This document shows, piece after piece, positions 1-8,187 of a DNA stretch of 64,000 nt; the stretch's first letter is position 1, and each line of letters begins with the position of its first letter. The notes below the pieces were generated by a model. It saw only the letters and a program-made list of their open reading frames with translations. It made no database searches and was not told where the DNA came from. The stretch comes from an uncultured Chloroflexia bacterium (GTDB lineage Bacteria; Chloroflexota; Limnocylindria; Limnocylindrales; CSP1-4): NCBI GenBank assembly GCA_963721545.1, contig CAVRKB010000005.1:1432-65431 (forward strand). The letters run 5' to 3'. The translations under genes and the position numbers were made by a program.

Positions 1-642
1 TCGGGGCGAGGACAGACGGTCGATGTCGCGCTGACGGAGAGCGTGTTCAGTCTCCTGGAAGGCGTCCTCCCGGAGTACAGCTATTTCGGGATGGTCCGAG
101 AACGGACCGGCAACATCGCCCACAATTCTGCCCCGACGAATGTGTACCGCTGTCAGGATTCCGATCATGTCGTGATCGGCGCGAATTCGTCGACGCTTTT
201 CGAGACGCTGATGCGAACGATCGGGCGTCCCGAGCTTGCGATTGATCCCGATCTTCAAAGCAACCGGGGCCGCGTGAAGCGTGCGGCCGAACTCGACGAG
301 GCGATCGAGGCGTGGACGTCGGGCAGGTCGTCCGACGAAGTGCTTTCCGTCCTGCGGGAGGCGAAGATTCCGGCCGGGCGCATCAACAGCATCGCGGACA
401 TCGTGAACGATGTTCAATTCCGCTCACGGGACATGCTGGTGGAAGTCAGTGATAGCCGCCTCGAGCGACCCGTCCTGACTCCGGGCGTCGTGCCGAAGCT
501 TTCGCGCACCCCCGGTCGTGTGTCGTCGCTCGCTCCACCCGTCGGGGGTGACTCAGAGGCCATCCTTGGCGAAACGCAACAGCCGGCGGCTAGCGTTTCC
601 CGAGCAGCGAGTGTGTCCCAACCAACCGGGAGGCAACGATGA
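1..642 (+). CDS. Family III CoA-transferase (CaiB/BaiF-type), C-terminal part; 5' end outside window
   Basis: The frame is open from nt 1. The translation (..NSAPTNVYRCQDSDHVVIGANS..EAKIPAGRINSIADIVNDVQFRSRDMLVEV..) resembles the C-terminal half of class III CoA-transferases. Its stop overlaps the next start (ATGA at 639-642). Confidence 0.7.
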   Translation, partial: SGRGQTVDVALTESVFSLLEGVLPEYSYFGMVRERTGNIAHNSAPTNVYRCQDSDHVVIGANSSTLFETLMRTIGRPELAIDPDLQSNRGRVKRAAELDEAIEAWTSGRSSDEVLSVLREAKIPAGRINSIADIVNDVQFRSRDMLVEVSDSRLERPVLTPGVVPKLSRTPGRVSSLAPPVGGDSEAILGETQQPAASVSRAASVSQPTGRQR

Positions 643-2372
643 CCCTGACCGTGGCCGACCACATCGCCTCCTTCCTTCGGGACCGGCAGGTCGAACTCGC
701 GTTCGGACTGTGCGGGCACACCAACATCAGCCTGCTGGCCGCACTCGAACGAGGCAGTGGACCCCGATTCGTCACCACCCGCCACGAGCAGGTGGCCGCA
801 CACGCAGCGGACGGATATTCGCGCGCTTCCGGCAAGCCAGGCGTCGTGATCCTGCACGTCGGACCTGGCCTGACAAACGCGACCACAGGCGTCGCGACGG
901 CCGCCCTGGACTCGATCCCCCTGGTCGTGATCGCTGGGGATGTCCCGACATACTTCGAGAATCGCGGCCCACACCAGGAGCTCAACCTCTTGCGTGATGC
1001 CGATCAGACCAGCGTGTTCGCCCCATTCGTCAAACGCACCTGGCGGCTCGGGCGCGCCGACCAGGTACCTCGCGTCCTCGCCCGCGCGTGGGACGTTGCG
1101 CAGGCCGGAAGGCCGGGGCCCGTCTTGGTGTCAGTGCCAATGGACATCCTGACGAAGCCGCTCGACGCGCCGATCATCCCCGCTTCGGCGCTCCAGAGGA
1201 CCGCCCTCGACCCTTCCTTGGCGGAGGAGATCGCGCGGCAACTCGAACAGGCTGACCGACCGTTCATCCTGGCCGGTGGCGGGACACGGAAGGCCACGGC
1301 GGAATTGATCCGTCTGGCCGAGGCCGCGCAGGTCCCCGTCGGTCACACCCTGATGGGGGCGGGAGCCCTGCCTCCCGACCATCCTCAATTGGTGGGCATG
1401 GTCGGCTTCTGGGGTAGTCCGGCAGCCAATCGGCTGGCGTCCACCGCAGATCTCATCCTTGCTGTAGGGACCAGGTTTCCAGAGACCGACTCGAGCAGCT
1501 GGGAGCACGGAACGACATTTGCGATCCCACCAACGCGCCTCATCCAAATCGACATCGATCCGAACGAGCCGGGGCGCAACTACCCAACCAGCTTGGCTGT
1601 CGTCGCGGATGCGGGAGCGGCGCTGTCGGCGATCGCGGACAAGGCCCGGCCGCCATCAGCCGGGAAGCCGCGATTCGACTGGCAGGAATTGCATGCGGAA
1701 CGACGGCGGTTCCTTGATCTCAGCGCAGATAATGCCCGCTCCGGAGACTTCCCGATGAAGCCGGAGCGGATCCTCGCGGACCTTCGCGAAGCCGCTCCGG
1801 ATGCGATCCTCGTCACGGATGTCGGCTGGAACAAGAACGGAATGGCTCAGCAATACCCCATAGACGAGCCGAGCTCATTCATCACGCCCGGAGGATTCTC
1901 GACGATGGGCTTCGGTCCGGCCGCGGTCCTGGGAGTCGCGGCCGCCCGGACCGGACGACCGGCGATCGCCCTGGTCGGTGATGGTGGCTTCGGTGCGCAA
2001 CCGAACGTCGTCGCTACGGCAGTCGAGATGGGAGTCGCCCCGATATGGGTGGTCATGAACAACGCGTCGTTCGGGACGATCGCCGGTCTTGAGCGCAAGC
2101 ACTACGGAACGAGCTACGGCTGCGACTTCTTGGTAGATGGACAGCCATACACGCCCGATTTCGCGCAGATGGCCCGTGCGTGTGGGGCGGAAGGCTGGAA
2201 GATCAGCACGACGGACGAATTACTGCCCACCTTGCGACGTGCAGTCGCGCTCGGCCGCCCGGTGCTCGTCGACGTCCCAATGGAAAACACGCCCGTTCCG
2301 ACACCGGGATCGTGGGATATCGAGCGCATCTATCAGGCTGCCGGGGACCGTGTCCCTGCCGCAACAGGCTGA
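639..2372 (+). CDS. Thiamine-diphosphate-dependent enzyme, acetolactate-synthase-like family (exact reaction unknown)
   Basis: Intact 577-aa ORF. The N-terminal Pyr domain reads RHEQVAAHAADGYSRASGKPGV. The C-terminal ThDP-binding motif is GDG-X24-NN (VGDGGFG...VVMNNASFG). It is translationally coupled to the CoA-transferase. Confidence 0.85.
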   Translation: MTLTVADHIASFLRDRQVELAFGLCGHTNISLLAALERGSGPRFVTTRHEQVAAHAADGYSRASGKPGVVILHVGPGLTNATTGVATAALDSIPLVVIAGDVPTYFENRGPHQELNLLRDADQTSVFAPFVKRTWRLGRADQVPRVLARAWDVAQAGRPGPVLVSVPMDILTKPLDAPIIPASALQRTALDPSLAEEIARQLEQADRPFILAGGGTRKATAELIRLAEAAQVPVGHTLMGAGALPPDHPQLVGMVGFWGSPAANRLASTADLILAVGTRFPETDSSSWEHGTTFAIPPTRLIQIDIDPNEPGRNYPTSLAVVADAGAALSAIADKARPPSAGKPRFDWQELHAERRRFLDLSADNARSGDFPMKPERILADLREAAPDAILVTDVGWNKNGMAQQYPIDEPSSFITPGGFSTMGFGPAAVLGVAAARTGRPAIALVGDGGFGAQPNVVATAVEMGVAPIWVVMNNASFGTIAGLERKHYGTSYGCDFLVDGQPYTPDFAQMARACGAEGWKISTTDELLPTLRRAVALGRPVLVDVPMENTPVPTPGSWDIERIYQAAGDRVPAATG

Positions 2373-2405
2373 CCGACGATCACAGATCCGGCGTGAGCAG
2401 CCCTG

Positions 2406-2789
2406 CTAGCCGCCGTCGGGCTTCAGCGTGGCGCGCGCTTCGGCAAGCCGCGTCATCGCCTCTTCGATCCGTTGAATGGTCGCCGTGTAGTCGGCCGCCG
2501 TCAGGACGCGATCACCGAACTCATCCAGTCGCGCCCGCAGGAGCGCGACGTCCGCCGTGATGTGGTTCAAGACATTGGTGACGTCCGTCTCGTGAAGATA
2601 CCTGGCACCTTGCCGCTCGATGCTCGCATAGGGAGCTTCCTTGAGCCAGCGCGCAAAGTACTCGACCGCAGTCTCACCCGGACGGGCTGGAAACGGGTAG
2701 TCCTCATCACCCGGCTCCCACTCGATCCCCGGGCTCGAGCCAATCCCCAGACCATTGGATGAGTCGGTAAACGGCGCTCGATCGGACAT
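2406..2789 (-). CDS. Hypothetical protein (127 aa)
   Basis: Clean ORF filling the gap between flanking genes, with GC-rich third codon positions. I recognise no motif. Confidence 0.45.
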   Translation of the reverse strand: MSDRAPFTDSSNGLGIGSSPGIEWEPGDEDYPFPARPGETAVEYFARWLKEAPYASIERQGARYLHETDVTNVLNHITADVALLRARLDEFGDRVLTAADYTATIQRIEEAMTRLAEARATLKPDGG

Positions 2790-2887
2790 GTGTTGAGTCT
2801 ACCAATCCCGAGCGGCATCTAGGCACTGCTCGAGATAGCGGCCGGACAGGCCGGCGGCCGGGTGCCTCCCCGACGATGATTCTTGGC

Positions 2888-2916
2888 TTGACAACTTTTC
2901 TTGTCGGTGACACGAT
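2888..2916 (+). promoter_or_regulatory. Putative promoter TTGACA-17nt-CACGAT with embedded GACAA-N6-TTGTC inverted repeat, upstream of the ArsR gene
   Basis: TTGACA lies at 2888-2893 and CACGAT at 2911-2916. The ATG at 2924 sits about 7-8 nt after the -10, which would give a leaderless mRNA. The inverted repeat GACAA/TTGTC lies within the spacer. Confidence 0.3.
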
Positions 2917-3535
2917 GCCGGCCATGCTGGACATCGCGGTCATCGAGGACCCCGCCACGGCCGAGTCGCTGCTCGACCCGGTGCGGACGCGACTCCTGGA
3001 GGCCCTGGCCGAGCCGGCGTCCGCGACGATGCTGGCGAGCCGGGTCGGCCTGCCGAGGCAGCTCGTCAACTACCACCTCCGGACGCTCGAGCGGCACGGG
3101 CTGGTCGAGCTCGAGGCGGAGCGGCGCAAGGGCAACGTCACGGAGCGGGTCATGCGCGCGAGCGCGGGCTCGTACGTGATCTCGCCGGCCGCGCTGACCG
3201 CCCTCCAGCCGGATCCGGGCCGCTCGACCGATCAGCGCTCGGCCGTCTGGCTGCTGGCGCTGGCGGCCCGGGTCGTCCGCGACGTCGGCGCCCTGCTGAC
3301 GGGGGCCACCCGCGAGCGACGGACCCTGTCCACGTTCGCCCTGGACGCCGAGGTCCGGTTCGCGAGCGCCGCGGACCGGGCCGCCTTCGCGAACGAGCTC
3401 GGGGCCGCGGTGACATCGCTCATCAGCCGGTACCACGACGATGCCGCGCCCCGCGGCCGGACGCACCGGATCCTCGTGGCGATCCACCCCAGCGTGCCGA
3501 CCCACGCCCCGTCCCCTGCCCCAAAGGAGGCCTGA
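2915..3535 (+). CDS. ArsR/SmtB-family winged-helix transcriptional regulator
   Basis: The translation ..DPVRTRLLEALAEPASATMLASRVGLPRQLVNYHLRTLERHGLVE.. is a typical ArsR HTH. The start is at 2915 or 2924. An SRPBCC gene follows 1 nt after the stop. Confidence 0.8.
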   Translation: MPAMLDIAVIEDPATAESLLDPVRTRLLEALAEPASATMLASRVGLPRQLVNYHLRTLERHGLVELEAERRKGNVTERVMRASAGSYVISPAALTALQPDPGRSTDQRSAVWLLALAARVVRDVGALLTGATRERRTLSTFALDAEVRFASAADRAAFANELGAAVTSLISRYHDDAAPRGRTHRILVAIHPSVPTHAPSPAPKEA

Positions 3536-3536
3536 C

Positions 3537-4307
3537 ATGACGCACCCGTTCCGGATCGAAACCTCCGTCGAGATCGAGGCCACGCCCGAGGAGGTCTGGG
3601 AGGCCATCACCATCGGCCAACAGCTCGACGGCTGGTGGATCGGCGCCCCCAACGAGATCGAGCCCAGGCTTGGCGGCAAGGTCCGCCAGAACTTCGGCGG
3701 CCAGGTCTCCGAGTCGACCATCACCGCCTGGGACCCGCCGCATCACTTCGTCGACGAGGGCACGCCCGGGCCGGACGGCGTGGTGCACGCGATGGAATTC
3801 ACCCTCGAGGGCCGATCGGGGACGACGACCGTGCGCTTCGTGCACAGCGGATTCCTCGGCGACGACTGGGAATCCGAATACGACGCACTCGCCGAGGGCG
3901 ACCCGATGTACATCCACCAGCTGGCGGAGTACGTCCGATTCTTCCGCGGCCGGCCGGTGTCCATCGTGGAGCACTTCCAGCCGAACATCGCGGACCGGCA
4001 GGCGGCGATGGAGATCCTCCGCGGCGCCATGGGCCTCAGCGACGCTGTCGCGGTGGGCGACGCGGTCCGGCTCGAGCCGGCCGGGCTCGAGCCCGTCGAG
4101 GGTTCCGTGGACTACGTGTCGTCGACCATCATCGGCCTGCGCACCGACGACGCGCTGTACCGGTTCGCGTTCATCCCGATGGGTGGCGGCATCTACATGG
4201 GCCACCACATCTACCGGGACGATGTCGACGTGGCGGCCGTCACCTCGGCCTGGGCGGCGTGGCTGGACCGGGCCGTCGGGGCCGGCCAGGCGGCGTCCGC
4301 CCGCTAG
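3537..4307 (+). CDS. SRPBCC-superfamily protein (AHSA1 / Activator-of-Hsp90-ATPase-homolog-like domain)
   Basis: The ATG at 3537 is preceded by AAAGGAGG. The N-terminus FRIETSVEIEATPEEVWEAITIGQQLDGWW is characteristic of AHSA1/SRPBCC proteins, which are commonly paired with ArsR regulators. Confidence 0.8.
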   Translation: MTHPFRIETSVEIEATPEEVWEAITIGQQLDGWWIGAPNEIEPRLGGKVRQNFGGQVSESTITAWDPPHHFVDEGTPGPDGVVHAMEFTLEGRSGTTTVRFVHSGFLGDDWESEYDALAEGDPMYIHQLAEYVRFFRGRPVSIVEHFQPNIADRQAAMEILRGAMGLSDAVAVGDAVRLEPAGLEPVEGSVDYVSSTIIGLRTDDALYRFAFIPMGGGIYMGHHIYRDDVDVAAVTSAWAAWLDRAVGAGQAASAR

Positions 4308-4399
4308 CGCGGCCGGCCTCGAATCAACGACGCGCCTCCGGCCAAGGGGTCGGGGGCGCGTCGAGCACGGCTTACGGCGGGTCGACCGCCGATACAGGC

Positions 4400-5156
4400 T
4401 TAGCCGGCAGCCACCTTCTTCGTGGAGTCGATGTACCGCCGCAGCGCCGACCACTCCTGGCCGGCGGCCAGCTTGGCCTGTCGCGGCCAGGTGGCGGCGG
4501 TGTGACCGGCGATCAACGGCTCGTTTGCCTTGGTCAACGTCTCTTCGATGGCTTCGGGCGTCATCTCACTGAGCTGGGCGAACGTGGTCACGCCGGACGC
4601 CTTGAGCGCGGTTGGCATACGTCGGGCCGACGCCGTCGAGGATCGACAGATCGTCTCCCGCCGCCAGCTCGGCCGCCTCGACGGCCGGGACGGCCGTCTC
4701 GACCTCGGCGACGGCCTCTTCGGTCACCTCGTGAACCTCGGCGGTCCCACCAAGCTCGGTGAGCTTGGCGGAAACGTCGATCGCGATGGCCGGATTCACG
4801 AGCACGCCCACCGCGGCCTGACCGCCGGAGAGCTGGGCCGCGATCCGCTCGCGGTCCGCGGCCTTGAGGCCGAGTCCCTTGTGATGGAATGCGCCCAGCA
4901 GTCCGCCGCCGATGACGCCGGCGAGCAGCGTCGGCGGGGCGATCACCGCCAGCACGAGGCCGATCCCTGCGCCCTTGCCGACGCTGCGCTTGCCAAGCTT
5001 GTGGGTCTTGATCTTGCCCTTGTCGTCGAGGGCGAGGACGCCGATCGCATCGAGCTTGACCTCGCGGTCGGCCTTGTCCCAGGACTTCAGCGACTCGACC
5101 GCATCGTCTGCGGCCGCCTCGTCCTTGAAGAACGCGAGGACGACTGTCTTGCCCAT
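4400..5156 (-). pseudogene. DUF1269-like glycine-zipper membrane protein fused to a C-terminal helix-hairpin-helix module; one frame change near 4610
   Basis: MGKTVVLAFFKDEAAADDAVESL...GAGIGLVLAVIAPPTLLAGVIGGGLLGAF is in one frame. ..DGVGPTYA then continues as LKASGVTTFAQLSEMTPEAIEETL in the frame of ORF 4400..4618. An SD (GGAGGG) lies upstream of the ATG at 5156. Confidence 0.6.
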
Positions 5157-5428
5157 GTTCACCCTCCATTGATCCCGGCTCGTGCCCCCACGCAAGGGAT
5201 CAAACGCAGATCACAACGTCCCCCGTGGAACCGAGCGATGTCCCGCCGGTCTCAACCTGCGCGTGGCCGCTCGGCCGCGGGTTGCGTCATACCGGCCGTG
5301 ACTCGAGCCATTCAGGGATCGAGCTGACGGGACCGAGGAGCCATTTGGCTGCGCCAGTCGGCCCCGAGCCGGTCTGCGCCACCACGAGAAGGCATCGTAC
5401 ACCCGAGCAGGCAACCGGTCGGGTCCGT

Positions 5429-6239
5429 TCAGCGGTTGTCGTACTCGTCGTGGCGGCGGATCCACAGCTGGAACCCATCGTCCTCGTCGCGGCCATGCGG
5501 CGCCCGGTCGAGGATCGGGTAGTAGCCCATCAGGAACTCGAGGCCACGCCAGCCGGTCTGGTAGGTCTGGTAGACCACCCCGTCCTCGAGGACGAAGGCG
5601 CTGAAGCCGGGGCTCTCGGTCAGGTACCCGACGACGTCGGTGCCGCTCGCGCTGGCATTGCGCTCGACGATCGGCGGCAGGGATTCCGAGGCTCTCTGTG
5701 ACCCATGCGCGGGTCGATTCCTCGCTGCTCGAGTACCCGAGGTCGAGGTTGAACTCGCTGTTGGCCGACGACGCCCACGGGAAGTCCCAGCCCATGCGCC
5801 GCTTGTACGCCTGGAGCTTCCCCAGCGGAGCCTGCGACACGAAGAGCATGGTCACGTCGTGCGAGGTGAGGTGCGGGAGCACGCCGTTGACGCTGTCCGC
5901 GATCGATGAGTTGATCGGGCAGCCGGCCTCGTAGCTCGGGCCGAACATGAAGTGGTAGATCAGCAGCTGGCTGCGGCCATCGAACAGCTCCGCAAGTGCC
6001 CGCGGGCCGTCGTCGGTGTCGAGGCGGTAGTCCTTCTCGACGCGGACCCACGGCAGCGCGCGTCGCTGGCGTGCCAGCTCGTCGCCCAGCCTCGTGTGCT
6101 CCTTCTCGCGGGCCAGCAGCTCCTCGCGGGCGGCAGCCCACTCCTCTCGTGTTCCGATCCTGTGGTCGGTCGCGGAACGTCCCGGTTCCGGTAGCCATTC
6201 CGGAGGGCGGGTCCATTCGCTCTGCACGTCGGTCGTCAT
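5429..6239 (-). pseudogene. DUF899 thioredoxin-like family protein; one frame change near 5690
   Basis: The N-terminal 180 aa (..ELARQRRALPWVRVEKDYRLDTDDGPRALAELFDGRSQLLIYHFMFGP..) are typical of DUF899. The C-terminus (..LPPIVERNASASGTDVVGYLTESPGFSAFVLEDGVVYQTYQ..WIRRHDEYDNR*) continues in another frame and ends at 5429. Its start overlaps the ArsR stop (ATGA at 6236-6239). Confidence 0.7.
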
Positions 6240-6619
6240 GACGGTTCCTTTCCCTTGTTCATTCGCGTCTGCTCGGCCGCCGCGGCGGCGTCGAGGTGGT
6301 CGGTCAGCGCATCGAGCTGGCGGTCCCAGTCGCGGGCCAATGCGGCCAGGAATTGCTGCGCCACCTGCATCGGGGCGGAGCGAAGCCGGTACCGCACCCG
6401 GCGCCGCTCCCCCGGTTCGGCAGCGACCAGTCCGGCTTCGGCAAGCAGCGCCAGGTGCTTGGCGATGGCCTGACGGGTGATCGGCAGGCGAGCGGCCAGG
6501 TCCGTGGCCGTGGCAGGCCCGCCGGCCGCGAGTGCGGCCAGGATCGCCCGCCGGGTCGGGTCGGCCAGGGCGGTGAAGACCTCCTCGGCGACGGCCTCGA
6601 TGTCAGGCCGCGTTGGCAT
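6236..6619 (-). CDS. ArsR/SmtB-family transcriptional regulator
   Basis: The HTH reads ..FTALADPTRRAILAALAAGGPATATDLAARLPITRQAIAKHLALLAEAGLV... The probable start MPTRPDIEAV at 6619 overlaps the end of the upstream SRPBCC gene. Confidence 0.8.
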   Translation of the reverse strand: MPTRPDIEAVAEEVFTALADPTRRAILAALAAGGPATATDLAARLPITRQAIAKHLALLAEAGLVAAEPGERRRVRYRLRSAPMQVAQQFLAALARDWDRQLDALTDHLDAAAAAEQTRMNKGKEPS

Positions 6620-7040
6620 CGAGGTACTCGACCAGCTCGCCCAGCTCGCTGGCCCAGCCCTCGGTATTGGCCTCGAAGGCCGTGCGGTAGGCGTCATCGG
6701 GCAACTGCGCGAAGCCCGATTCGATGACGGTCAACCGCGTGCCCGTGCCAGTCGGCACGAGCGTGAACTCGACGTAGGTGTGGCGCGGATCGTCGTCGGC
6801 CAGGCCGTAGATGCCCCAGGTGAACCCGAAGACCGTCGGCTCTTCGACGCGTTCGATGCGCATGGTCGCCTTGTCGCCGCTCGTCCATGTCATCTGGGCC
6901 GCACCGCCGGGCCGCAGGTCGATCGTGGCCGCGTTGCCGAACCAGGTGCCGAGGCCCTCGGCCGTGGTCAGCGCCGCCCACACCTTCGCCGGCGGATGCG
7001 CGATCTCGACGGTCCGCTCGATTCGATCGGGAAATCCCAT
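6603..7040 (-). CDS. SRPBCC-superfamily protein (AHSA1-like)
   Basis: Intact 145 aa. It reads MGFPDRIERTVEIAHPPAKVWAALTTAEGLGTWFG.. and is the first gene of a three-gene operon (SRPBCC-ArsR-DUF899). Confidence 0.85.
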   Translation of the reverse strand: MGFPDRIERTVEIAHPPAKVWAALTTAEGLGTWFGNAATIDLRPGGAAQMTWTSGDKATMRIERVEEPTVFGFTWGIYGLADDDPRHTYVEFTLVPTGTGTRLTVIESGFAQLPDDAYRTAFEANTEGWASELGELVEYLDANAA

Positions 7041-7060
7041 GACAACCTCCTAAGGGTTAT

Positions 7061-7108
7061 TAGCAACCATTCGGTTGCTACTTACCATATAGCAACCGAT
7101 CGAGTTGC
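7061..7108. promoter_or_regulatory. Candidate ArsR operator: perfect 20-bp palindrome TAGCAACCATTCGGTTGCTA plus a degenerate second copy
   Basis: The palindrome at 7061-7080 lies 21 nt upstream of the SRPBCC start. A related element, TAGCAACCGATCGAGTTGC, lies at 7090-7108. Confidence 0.5.
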
Positions 7109-7156
7109 GTCAATCCCACTTGGGGGTCATACGATCTCGAAGCGAGGCCGCGCTGA

Positions 7157-8089
7157 CTAGGCGCGATTGACGACCGGTCGCTCGTGGATCACGGCCTTGG
7201 GGTCCTTGCCGTGGTCGATGCCCTTGTAGGCGGCCTGGCGGACCTTGCCGTCGCCGGTCCATCCGGCGAACTCGGCGCGGATGACCAGCCGTGGCTCGAC
7301 CCAGTTGACGGCAGGGACGCGAACCGGCGGGCCACTGAACGGTGACGCGTCGGCGGCCAGCGGGGCGAGCGCGGCGAGGAGCTCGCCCCGGATCGCGGTG
7401 GTGAAACCGGCACCGACCTTGCCCGCGTACCGCAGCTCGCCGCCCTCGTGGACGCCGACCAGCAGGGCCGCGAAGTCGGCCGCGTAGCCGGTCCCGCGCG
7501 TCCAGCCACCGACCACCAGCTCCTGCTCGGGCCGGATCTTGACCTTGAGCCAGCGGTCCGACCGCCGTCCGGGCAGGTACGGCGAGCGGCGGTCCTTGGC
7601 GACGATCCCCTCGACACCGCGCTCGCGGGCGGCCTCGAACGCGGCGATCCCCGACCCGACGACGTGGTCGCTGTAGCGCACCCGCGGGTGCTTGCGGATG
7701 CGCCTTCTTCAGCAGCGCCTTGCGCTCGTCGAGCGGCCGGTCCAGCAACGAGGCGCCATCGAGCTCGAGCAGGTCGAACGCCTGGTAGACGACGATGCCG
7801 CCACCGCACCTCGCCCCGAGCGGCCGATCTGCTGCTGCAGCAGCCCGAAGTCGGGCTCGCCCTGGGCATCGAAGGCGACGACCTCGCCGTCGACGACCGC
7901 GCTGTCGGCGTCGATCCAGGTCGGCGGCTCGAGGAACCGCCCGAAGTAGCGGCTGGCGTCCTGGTGGCCGCGGGTCCACAGCTCGACCGTGCCGTCGGAC
8001 ACGACCGCCTCCACGCGGAAGCCGTCCCACTTGGTCTCGAACAGCCAGTCGGGGTCGTCGAACGCATCGCGCGTCAGCGTCGCGCGCAT
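7157..8089 (-). pseudogene. ATP-dependent DNA ligase (LigD ligase-domain / LigC-like); at least 2 frame changes; start uncertain
   Basis: The adenylation motif FETKWDGFR (KxDG) lies in the frame of ORF 7709..8302. ..VVYQAFDLLELDGASLLDRPLDERKALLKK.. lies in a second frame. ..HPRVRYSDHVV..GVEGIVAKD..RSDRWLKVK.. lies in ORF 7157..7681. Confidence 0.75.
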
Positions 8090-8187
8090 GGGCTCGATGT
8101 ACGCGGGCTTGCGCTTCGGCGCCGTTTCCGGTCTGCCATGGGGCGATCGTGCCGCACCCGGCCGCCGACGGCAATCCTCCCTACCCG

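Noticed and set aside
5157-5428. The 270-bp gap between the DUF1269-like gene start and the DUF899 end as an ncRNA or riboswitch (contains the hairpin TTGATCCC...GGGATCAA near 5170-5205)
   Set aside because: I could not match it to any RNA family by eye, and there is no tRNA-like T-loop or anticodon arm. A single 8-bp stem in 70% GC DNA is weak evidence. It may simply be a 5' UTR and promoter region.
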